A stretch of DNA of 5,624 nucleotides, from the sequence record KM389307.1; one strand, given 5' to 3'. Both the position numbers and the translations under genes were made by a program. Positions 1 through 5,624 of this stretch are shown here, in pieces. The notes under the pieces are model-generated. The model was not told where the DNA came from and ran no database searches. It saw only the letters and a program-made list of their open reading frames with translations. Within the stretch, counting starts at the first letter, position 1; every line of letters starts with the position of its first letter. The DNA comes from Escherichia phage Phi06_2974 B.

Positions 1-80
1 TCTGATGCGCCGCGCGATAAATGCGCCCATTTCCGTGAGATAAATGGCACCGCTGCGGCGTTTCAATATTTGAAAAAGAA

Positions 81-662
81 TTACAATCCTACCGCGTCAT
101 CCTTCCTCTGACTATCTACCGGAAAATACCGGTAGAGCGTCGATAACCCCACCCCGTAGATAATGGCCAGTTGCTGGCGGGTATGCCCCTTAGCCAATAG
201 CCGCCCAATCTGTTCTCGCTCATGAGGCTTTAATGCGTTGGGCCTTCCACCTATGCGTCCCTGTGCTCTGGCTGCTGCTAACCCGGCCAATGTTCGTTCG
301 ACGATCAACTCACGTTCCATTTCCGCCAGTGCCGACATCACATGGAAAAAGAAACGCCCCATGGCAGTGCTGGTATCAATACTGTCTGTTAAAGAGCGGA
401 AGTGGGCACCGCGTTCATGTAACTCTGATATCAGTGCGATCAGGTTCTTAACGCTGCGCCCCAGCCTGTCCAGTTTCCACACGACCAGGGTGTCTCCGCT
501 ATTAACGCACTTTAAAGCGCGTTTCAGACCGGGGCGGCTGGCAACTTTTCCGCTCATACGGTCTTCAAAAATGCGGTCACAGTTTGCGCTTATGAGTGCA
601 TTACGCTGTAAATCGCTGTTCTGGTCGATTGTTGATACGCGGATATAACCAATGACGGCCAT
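81..662 (-). CDS. Serine recombinase, DNA invertase of the Hin/Gin/Cin/Pin (Din) family, 193 aa
   Basis: Translation from the ATG at 662-660 begins [23 protein letters not shown]... with the catalytic-serine motif (YIRVST), the conserved [15 protein letters not shown] and [32 protein letters not shown] blocks, and a C-terminal HTH region (LSTLYRYF). A strong SD (GAGGAGGAG, plus 668-676) sits 5 nt upstream. The ORF-track start at 731 is a TTG and would read through the crossover site; I reject that extension. Confidence 0.9.
   Translation of the reverse strand: MAVIGYIRVSTIDQNSDLQRNALISANCDRIFEDRMSGKVASRPGLKRALKCVNSGDTLVVWKLDRLGRSVKNLIALISELHERGAHFRSLTDSIDTSTAMGRFFFHVMSALAEMERELIVERTLAGLAAARAQGRIGGRPNALKPHEREQIGRLLAKGHTRQQLAIIYGVGLSTLYRYFPVDSQRKDDAVGL
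575..640. promoter_or_regulatory. Predicted Fis-dependent recombinational enhancer (sis-like) inside the 5' end of the invertase gene
   Basis: In Hin/Gin/Cin systems the enhancer lies within the first ~150 bp of the invertase coding sequence, with two Fis sites about 48 bp apart. Here, in coding orientation, GTATCAACAATCGAC (plus ~624-638) and AAGCGCAAACTGTGA (plus ~578-592) occupy the equivalent positions, about 46 bp apart and about 105 bp from the left crossover centre. Assignment is by positional and sequence analogy to my recollection of the hin enhancer. Confidence 0.45.
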
Positions 663-689
663 CAATTCTCCTCCTCTATGTCGCGGTGG

Positions 690-720
690 GAGGATTTTTA
701 CAGATTTCGCTATGTGTAAC
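690..720 (-). promoter_or_regulatory. Possible weak sigma70 promoter for the invertase, adjacent to the left crossover site
   Basis: On the minus strand, GTTACA (-35-like) then a 15-nt spacer then TGtAAAAAT (extended -10-like) lie upstream of the invertase SD. Match to consensus is poor and spacing suboptimal. Confidence 0.2.
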
Positions 721-724
721 CGCT

Positions 725-750
725 TTTCCAAAAACCTTGGTTTGGGAGAA
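725..750. repeat. Left crossover site (hix/gix-like, 26 bp): TTTCCAAAAACC-TT-GGTTTGGGAGAA
   Basis: Two 12-bp half-sites ending in AAACC flank a TT core at 737-738. Positions 731-751 are a perfect 21-bp inverted repeat of 2559-2579. Half-sites resemble the Din-family consensus as I recall it (hix TTATCAAAAACC / TTCTTGAAAACC). Confidence 0.8.
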
Positions 751-1089
751 GCGGCTAAAAGGAATGTAGGGACAGGGGCGAATCAGATACCTGATATGGG
801 TAGCTTCACGCTTTCTGTTTCAGGTACTGGATATCAAAAATTACCATCAGGTTTTATTCTTCAGTGGGGCTCAATCGGCGCTCCAGGCATTGCACAGGAT
901 GTAGTAACCCATTTCCCGATTGCATTTCCAAACAGATGTCTGCGTGTTTTGGTCTCACAAGACTACACACCAGATAGCGGGGCTGTTGGTTATATTGCCT
1001 GTGCAGGTTTTAGTCCCGACCCGGTTAAATTTATATCCAGAGCCAGTACTCCTGGCCTCGGCGCTTCATTTTTAGCGTTAGGCTGTTAA
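751..1089 (+). CDS. Silent alternative tail-fiber C-terminal cassette (Hv'), no start codon of its own in this orientation
   Basis: The frame is open through the left crossover site, where it encodes F-S-K-N-L-G-L-G-E (724-750), matching F-L-Q-N-L-G-L-G-E in H. The variable-specific part runs 751-1089 with TAA at 1087-1089. It is followed 21 bp later by an SD and a tfa-like gene, mirroring the active H-tfa arrangement. Confidence 0.65.
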   Translation, partial: AAKRNVGTGANQIPDMGSFTLSVSGTGYQKLPSGFILQWGSIGAPGIAQDVVTHFPIAFPNRCLRVLVSQDYTPDSGAVGYIACAGFSPDPVKFISRASTPGLGASFLALGC

Positions 1090-1110
1090 TTTAGCTATAT
1101 GGAGTGAAAA

Positions 1111-1551
1111 ATGAATTACATATATTCCGCGACTACAAACTCTTTCTATCCGCTGGAGATGAAAGAGGATTACACTCAAGCTGACTCATGGCCAGATGAT
1201 GCTGTTGAAGTTGATGAGCAAGTGTATATTGAGTTTTCCGGATTACCGCCGAAAGGAAAAATCCGTATCGCTGGAGAAAATGGTTTTCCTGCATGGTCTG
1301 AAATTCCACCACCAACACATGAGGAACAGATTGCTGCAGCCGAACTGGAAAAGCAGCAACTGATTAATCAGGCCAACGATTATATGAACAGTAAACAATG
1401 GGCTGGTAAAGCGGCTATTGGTCGTCTGAAAGGTGAGGAACTGGCGCAATATAATTTGTGGCTGGATTATCTGGACGCACTGGAGCTGGTCGATACTTCC
1501 GGTGCGCCAGATATTGAATGGCCTACGCCTCCGGCAGTTCAGGCCAGATGA
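1111..1551 (+). CDS. Tail fiber assembly protein (Tfa/gpG/U-like chaperone), alternative copy paired with the silent cassette
   Basis: ATG at 1111 preceded by GGAG (1101-1104). The 146-aa product has an acidic N-terminal half and the C-terminal motif APDIEWPTPP characteristic of Tfa chaperones. Position immediately downstream of a tail-fiber C-terminal cassette. Confidence 0.8.
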   Translation: MNYIYSATTNSFYPLEMKEDYTQADSWPDDAVEVDEQVYIEFSGLPPKGKIRIAGENGFPAWSEIPPPTHEEQIAAAELEKQQLINQANDYMNSKQWAGKAAIGRLKGEELAQYNLWLDYLDALELVDTSGAPDIEWPTPPAVQAR

Positions 1552-2116
1552 CATCCGGCGCGGTGCTGGTATCTGTTGCCGTCACCGCGTCAATGTAATC
1601 CAGCACAGCGTTAAGCCGGGTTGTTTCTGCCTGCGTCAGTTTCCGCCCGGCCTGTAATTTCAGCTGAATCAGACTAATGGAAGCCATTGCTGCATCAATC
1701 AGTGACTGGCGCTGTGCTTCTGCCGCTTCTACTGCGGCACTGTGTTGTGCCTCAGTATCTGTCACCCATTTCTCACCATCCCATTTATCATATGGCGTTA
1801 ACGGTGAAAGCGTGACATAACCGTTTTTGATGGCACCGATATAATCCACTGTAACAGCTGCGCCATTTTCGATTGAGTAAACAGTCTCATTGCGATGGTC
1901 CTCTTCATGGCTCCATCCCTTACCTGTAAATACAGCCACTTTTCCCGGAATGTTTTCGCCAGGGTCAATACCAGTGGAACAGGCGGGCATACTTACACCA
2001 GTATTAATATATTCATCAGACCAGCCCGTATATTCATACGTTACTGCATCATAATAAAAACAACGCATATCACCCGGCACTGTAGCCAGTCCATTTTCAT
2101 CAAAAACAGGTTTCAT
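1523..2116 (-). CDS. Tail fiber assembly protein (Tfa/gpG-like chaperone), copy expressed with the current H
   Basis: ATG (plus 2114-2116) overlaps the H stop as TAATG. The 197-aa product ends ...TAPDVIWPELPEA with the conserved Tfa C-terminal WP motif. Immediately downstream of H, as G follows H in P2. Confidence 0.85.
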   Translation of the reverse strand: MKPVFDENGLATVPGDMRCFYYDAVTYEYTGWSDEYINTGVSMPACSTGIDPGENIPGKVAVFTGKGWSHEEDHRNETVYSIENGAAVTVDYIGAIKNGYVTLSPLTPYDKWDGEKWVTDTEAQHSAAVEAAEAQRQSLIDAAMASISLIQLKLQAGRKLTQAETTRLNAVLDYIDAVTATDTSTAPDVIWPELPEA

Positions 2117-3060
2117 TATTTAGCCCTCACCAGAAAGTTAAATGCAATGTTACGTGGTCTGACGGCAATAAAATTAACACCATCTCCTACTGAGTTACTG
2201 GTGTACTGAAATCGAGAGAAACCTGGTTGGTGTGCTGATATTCCATCGTAATCAGCAATCGCATGGCCGGACCCTTCTGGATAATTACCGCCAAATTGCG
2301 ATAAAGCTGTTGCTGCCTGCCAGCTTAATAATGCTCGCCCACTGTCCGCCCCTCGCCCATCATCCCAGATACGAATGAAATCACCGCGGGCTTCAGGTAA
2401 TACCAGCGAAGGAAACACTTTTGCCAGCACAGGGTAATCAGAGGCAGAAAATTTCGCCCCGTTGAACTTCAAAAACACCATACTGGACCAGCTATCGATT
2501 ACAGTATTTGGCATTGCAGCGGACGGCCAGAAGAACGGAACGCCAATAGCTGGAGCACCTTCTCCCAAACCAAGGTTTTGAAGAAAGGCTGCCTTATCGG
2601 GAATATCCGCACCGTTCTGGTCTTTGGCCAGTTTCTCCGCCAGCTTGTTCAGCACTGTGGTCGCAAAGTTCGGATCGTTGCCAAGGGCATCAGCCAGCTC
2701 TTTCAGCGTATCCAGTGTTTCTGGGGCTGTACCTGCAAGCGCAGCAATCGCCCTCGCCACAAATTCTGTCGTCACCAGCTTTTTGCTGTTGTCATTAGCT
2801 GCAGGCGTGGGGGCTGTTGGCGTACCCGTGAATGTTGGGCTGGCCTTCGTCGCATACTGGGTATGCGGGTCGGCCGCTGCGATGTGTTTCGCGAGATCTG
2901 AACCGCCTTTTTCAACCTGCTGTTTCAGGTATGAAGTACGGCTGGCCAGCTGTTTAGCCTGACGGTTAGAAATTCCATCAGGCCCACCCAGTACGGGGTC
3001 GGAGACCTCAATCTGGTAGATGCCGTCTTCCCACTGCGGGGTTTCGGGTAGATTTGCCAT
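2116..3060 (-). CDS. Tail fiber protein (P2 gpH-like), 314 aa: constant N-terminal part plus currently joined variable C-terminus
   Basis: ATG at 3058-3060 with GGGAG about 9 nt upstream. Contains a Pro/Thr-rich linker (PTFTGTPTAPTPAA) and the motif LDTLKELADALGNDPNFATTVLNKLA, which matches the ALGNDPNFATT block I recall in P2 H and related fibres. Sits after baseplate genes J and I and before tfa. The stop overlaps the tfa start. Confidence 0.9.
   Translation of the reverse strand: MANLPETPQWEDGIYQIEVSDPVLGGPDGISNRQAKQLASRTSYLKQQVEKGGSDLAKHIAAADPHTQYATKASPTFTGTPTAPTPAANDNSKKLVTTEFVARAIAALAGTAPETLDTLKELADALGNDPNFATTVLNKLAEKLAKDQNGADIPDKAAFLQNLGLGEGAPAIGVPFFWPSAAMPNTVIDSWSSMVFLKFNGAKFSASDYPVLAKVFPSLVLPEARGDFIRIWDDGRGADSGRALLSWQAATALSQFGGNYPEGSGHAIADYDGISAHQPGFSRFQYTSNSVGDGVNFIAVRPRNIAFNFLVRAK
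2560..2585. repeat. Right crossover site (hix/gix-like, 26 bp): TTCTCCCAAACC-AA-GGTTTTGAAGAA, inside the H coding sequence
   Basis: Inverted copy of the left site with an AA core at 2572-2573 on the plus strand. On the minus strand it encodes residues F159-E167 (FLQNLGLGE) of H. Confidence 0.8.
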
Positions 3061-3062
3061 AA

Positions 3063-3641
3063 TTAACTGCTCCCGTGGTTATAGCTGCCGTCATAGTTGA
3101 CGGTGTTGTTGTAGCGAATGGCGGCAGACTGATACTCCAGGCTCGCCAGATGGCAGCGGGCCGGAGCAAAGGCAGCGAGCGTCTGGCGTAACAGAGCCGC
3201 CTGATCGTTAGTGATGGGCTGTTGAAGGATGACGCGATAGACCGCCCAGGCTTCCGCATCGCCGTGGACAAAAAGCCCGTTATAAGTGTGTTTGCCGTCG
3301 TATCCGATCTGGCCAGTGCCTTCAATCAGATCCACTTCGCCGAAGCCGAAACGGCGGATAATTTCCCGGATTGACCACGGCGTCCCTTTGTAGCGGTGCA
3401 ACTCGATAGCGGATTTGATAAGCGTGCGACGTACATCGTCTGACTCCGCCAGTTCCCAGCCGTCACCGAACAGCGAGAACTGTTCGCCCAGCCATGGCAG
3501 CGCAGAGCTGTCGACAATATCGACGAGGTAGACCATCAACACGCTCAGGTCGATGCTGTCCAGTCTTCCGGCCAGATTGCCCAGTGCCCTGAAGCTGATA
3601 TCACCCTCAAGTGCTGGCGGGAGTTTTAGCGTCTCAGCCAT
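3063..3641 (-). CDS. Tail/baseplate protein (P2 gpI-like), 192 aa
   Basis: Sits between the J-like and H-like genes as in P2. The likely true start is the ATG at 3639-3641 (GGGAG 6 nt upstream), overlapping the J stop by 8 nt; the ORF-track start at 3647 is a TTG two codons upstream. The P2 gpI call rests on gene order and approximate size. Confidence 0.8.
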   Translation of the reverse strand: MAETLKLPPALEGDISFRALGNLAGRLDSIDLSVLMVYLVDIVDSSALPWLGEQFSLFGDGWELAESDDVRRTLIKSAIELHRYKGTPWSIREIIRRFGFGEVDLIEGTGQIGYDGKHTYNGLFVHGDAEAWAVYRVILQQPITNDQAALLRQTLAAFAPARCHLASLEYQSAAIRYNNTVNYDGSYNHGSS

Positions 3642-4737
3642 CGACAACTCCCGTGATAGTTACGTTGATGGCGGTACAGTTAGCCCACTCATTCTCTGCA
3701 AGAACAACAAGTTCAAGGCCGGGTAGTTCAACCTGGTAAACACCGCTGACAGTCAACACGGCGTTAATTTGTCCGGGGACGATATCCACACCCAGCTTGG
3801 TTCTTCGGGCTGCAACCCAGTTCTGGATGGCGTTGTTTGCCTCGTCTTTTACCGAGTTTGCATCCTGATTGCGGTAGATGGTGATCTGGGCATCTATGGT
3901 GTAATCCACCTGCACGGGCGTTTTAGCCCGGACGGTATCAGTGAGCGGCCTGACTTTTTCGTCTGAGCAGAAGCTCTCTACCAGCGTGAGGATGCTGTCG
4001 TCCGGCAGGCCGGTACTGAGCAGTGGATACAGCTCTACGGTGCCCGGAACCGGGGAGAGCACGGCGACGTCAACGATGTTGGGATGGGCCTGCATGGCAT
4101 GAAAGCGGTATGCCATACGGCTTCCGGCATTTGTGAAAGACTCCGGGGCCAGTTTGATACGTTCCCGAAGTCTGTCATTGTCTTCCTGCTCTGAACCGCC
4201 AGAGCTGGCTGCCAGATTGGTTACCTGCAGGTCGACGTTATCAATCTCATCGAGCAACTGACTGACCTGCGCAGGTTGCCAGTCGTTGCCAGCGGCTCCT
4301 GGTTCGGTACAGGTGGCCGTGGCATTGACCAGCAGCAATCCGGCTTTCAGTACCACGTCCGTATCGGTGGCAAAAATAATGCTGTCGGAAGCGCTGACAC
4401 GGGTACCTGCCGGGATCAGCACATCAATGGCCAGTTCCTCATCCACGGAGAACTGGAGCGTGGTGGTAGCAGGCTGCGCGGCAAGGCGGTACACACCAAC
4501 CAGTTCACCGAGGTAGTCAATCATCGGCTCACGGGCAAAGGCGACCAGATTCTGTTTGGCCGCTTCCTGCGCCGCCACCCTGACCAGCATTTCACGGTAT
4601 GCCCACAGGTCAATCAGCAGGCGCTCAGCCTGAGCGGGGTACAGCGTTTTGCCGGTTGCAGCTTCGTACTGTGCAATCATTTCTGCCGTGATTTTGTCGG
4701 CATCACGTTCAATAAAGTCGGGTTCTGTCAGCGCCAT
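3634..4737 (-). CDS. Baseplate assembly protein J (P2 gpJ-like), 367 aa
   Basis: Long ORF with ATG at 4735-4737. Overlaps the W stop by 10 nt and the I start by 8 nt. Position between W and I matches the P2 V-W-J-I-H-G order. Family assigned by synteny and size. Confidence 0.85.
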   Translation of the reverse strand: MALTEPDFIERDADKITAEMIAQYEAATGKTLYPAQAERLLIDLWAYREMLVRVAAQEAAKQNLVAFAREPMIDYLGELVGVYRLAAQPATTTLQFSVDEELAIDVLIPAGTRVSASDSIIFATDTDVVLKAGLLLVNATATCTEPGAAGNDWQPAQVSQLLDEIDNVDLQVTNLAASSGGSEQEDNDRLRERIKLAPESFTNAGSRMAYRFHAMQAHPNIVDVAVLSPVPGTVELYPLLSTGLPDDSILTLVESFCSDEKVRPLTDTVRAKTPVQVDYTIDAQITIYRNQDANSVKDEANNAIQNWVAARRTKLGVDIVPGQINAVLTVSGVYQVELPGLELVVLAENEWANCTAINVTITGVVDG

Positions 4738-5075
4738 AGCAGCTCCTGAGTCCGGGTCTGTCCTTCAGAGCCTTTCCAGCTCACCCGGAGCGTAAGATGT
4801 TCGCCGTCGACGGCGGGTTTAACCGACATCAGCTGGCAGCGAGGCTCCCAGCGGCGGATGGCATCGACGGATTCGCGCACCACATGCGGGATAGCCCGGT
4901 CGATGGGCCAGTCGATATAAAGATGCAGATTGCTGCCGAACTCCGGGCGATGCGGGTCGCTGCCGCGAGGAGTTCGCAGGATGATTTGAATGGCCTGCCA
5001 GATATCATCCAGCCCCCGGACGATTTCGCCGGGGGCCTGCAGTGCCGGTTGCCAGAATACTGAGGTTGTTTTCAT
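4728..5075 (-). CDS. Baseplate assembly protein W (P2 gpW / T4 gp25-like), 115 aa
   Basis: Small protein of the size and position expected for gpW. ATG at 5073-5075. Lies between V and J. Confidence 0.8.
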   Translation of the reverse strand: MKTTSVFWQPALQAPGEIVRGLDDIWQAIQIILRTPRGSDPHRPEFGSNLHLYIDWPIDRAIPHVVRESVDAIRRWEPRCQLMSVKPAVDGEHLTLRVSWKGSEGQTRTQELLWR

Positions 5076-5076
5076 G

Positions 5077-5121
5077 GGGGCAGTATTGCCCCTGTGCGGG
5101 AACGCCGATATTAAAGGCGTT
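5077..5121 (-). other. Two short inverted repeats in the V-W intergenic region
   Basis: GGGGCA(gtat)TGCCCC at 5077-5092, directly abutting the W start codon, and AACGCC(n9)GGCGTT at 5101-5121. Neither is followed by a U-run on the mRNA strand, so they are not obvious intrinsic terminators. Confidence 0.3.
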
Positions 5122-5129
5122 TAAGAAGG

Positions 5130-5624
5130 TCAGTGGGAATGGTGATTGGAGTTCTGGCCGTCAGACAGCATGCTGCCTGTGGAGTGGGCATTGCCGTTGA
5201 TTTCAAGGTTACCGTTCACCGTGGTGGTATCAGCGGTCAAATCAATGGTTTTCCCCTTCAGGCTGATACCTACCGCAACCTCGATCACCACATGCTCGAT
5301 ACCTCCTTTGACCGTCAGCGTATGGGTCGCGCGGTTATAGCTGAACTCTGCGCCATCCGCGTATTTCGTGCCCCGGACGTTTTTGTCGCTGAACGGCGGT
5401 TTATCGACTTCTGAGTACACCGCGCCCAGAATGACACCATCCTCGCCGTTGGCATCGAGCAGCACCTCAACCTGCTCCCCCACGTCAGGGAGCCAGTAAT
5501 CCTTGTTATCCTGGGTATTGCGCTGTAGCACGTTAAGCCAGTTAGTGCGCAGGTTATCGCACTCAGGCAAACGAACGCGGGCCTGAACCTTGTCGGCATC
5601 GACGGCGCTGACCGTACCGACCTG
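5130..5624 (-). CDS. Baseplate spike protein V (P2 gpV-like); 5' end lies beyond the window edge
   Basis: The frame is open to the window edge (upstream residues QVGTVSAVDADKVQARVR continue into LPECDNLRTNWLNVLQ...). The P/DVGEQV motif, Gly-rich beta region and C-terminal HSTGSMLSDG resemble P2 gpV as I recall it. The ORF-track start at 5570 is an internal TTG. Confidence 0.85.
   Translation of the reverse strand, partial: QVGTVSAVDADKVQARVRLPECDNLRTNWLNVLQRNTQDNKDYWLPDVGEQVEVLLDANGEDGVILGAVYSEVDKPPFSDKNVRGTKYADGAEFSYNRATHTLTVKGGIEHVVIEVAVGISLKGKTIDLTADTTTVNGNLEINGNAHSTGSMLSDGQNSNHHSH

Larger units (their letters stand above)
725..2585. mobile_element. Invertible tail-fiber host-range segment (about 1.84 kb), G-segment/C-segment/P-segment analogue
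   Basis: Bounded by the two inverted crossover sites. Contains two alternative tail-fiber C-terminal cassettes at the ends and two convergent tail-fiber assembly genes in the middle. The invertase gene lies immediately outside the left site. Confidence 0.75.

Noticed and set aside
1-80. Region downstream of the invertase stop: possible terminator or gene end
   Set aside because: Only weak AT-rich inverted repeats (TTTCAA-tat-TTGAAA at 61-75, CCATTT-n9-AAATGG at 27-47) and no convincing GC stem with U-run. Too short to call a gene or a prophage boundary.
233-648. Plus-strand ORFs 233-451 and 238-648
   Set aside because: Antisense to the well-supported invertase gene, with no recognisable motifs.
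663-731. N-terminal extension of the invertase ORF to 731 ([23 protein letters not shown]...)
   Set aside because: It starts at a TTG, runs through the crossover site and the strong SD, and the family N-terminus (MxxIGYxRVST) begins exactly at the ATG at 662-660.
652-1089. Standalone 145-aa plus-strand gene starting at the ATG at 652
   Set aside because: The first 33 codons are antisense to the invertase start and SD, with no SD of their own. The frame is open only because the silent cassette is read through the crossover site; the real coding unit is the cassette from 751, expressed only after inversion.
1133-2209. ORFs 1133-1318 (-), 1243-1554 (-), 1433-1657 (+), 1895-2209 (+)
   Set aside because: Antisense or alternate-frame ORFs inside the two tail-fiber assembly genes, with low-complexity translations and no start-site signals.
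725-2585. Multi-site shufflon (more than two crossover sites)
   Set aside because: I scanned for further AAACC-NN-GGTTT cores and found only the two at 735-740 and 2570-2575. A CCAAGG near 2683 lacks the flanking half-sites.
2578-2962. Plus-strand ORFs 2578-2901 and 2624-2962
   Set aside because: Antisense to the tail fibre gene H. The Ala/Ser-rich translation is the usual shadow of a GC-rich coding strand.
3008-3517. Minus-strand ORFs 3008-3325 and 3326-3517
   Set aside because: Alternate frames within the gpI-like gene; the gpI-like frame is the one with the SD and the operon-consistent start.
3769-5599. ORFs 3769-3966 (+), 4276-4749 (+), 4286-4516 (+), 4797-5063 (+), 5133-5414 (+), 5146-5340 (+), 5315-5599 (-)
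   Set aside because: Antisense or out-of-frame ORFs inside J, W and V; the baseplate frames are better supported by synteny and coupling.
1-5624. CRISPR array, tRNA/rRNA genes, toxin-antitoxin or defence island
   Set aside because: No direct-repeat/spacer periodicity, no tRNA-like cloverleaf candidates, and the coding capacity is fully explained by the late-operon and invertase genes.

Overview
This window is the tail-fiber end of a P2-family (Myoviridae-type) prophage late operon, with a Hin/Gin/Cin/Pin-type DNA inversion switch at its distal end. The minus strand encodes, in P2 order, baseplate spike V (5' end outside the window), W, J, I, a short tail fiber H, and a tail-fiber assembly chaperone, with start/stop overlaps typical of translational coupling. 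The last ~1.84 kb (about 725-2585) is bounded by two 26-bp hix/gix-like crossover sites in inverted orientation. The right-hand site lies inside the H coding sequence; the left-hand site abuts a serine invertase gene (81-662, minus). Inside the segment are the expressed variable C-terminus of H with its chaperone, and a silent alternative C-terminal cassette (751-1089, plus) with its own chaperone (1111-1551, plus). Inversion would swap the two in frame and so change the predicted receptor-binding end of the fibre. This class of switch is well known (Mu G segment, P1 C segment, e14 P segment, and, from memory, the Fin invertase of Salmonella Fels-2), so I regard it as a clear example of a known system rather than a new one. 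No tRNA, rRNA or CRISPR array was seen. All protein-family calls rest on recalled similarity and motif reading, not on a database search.
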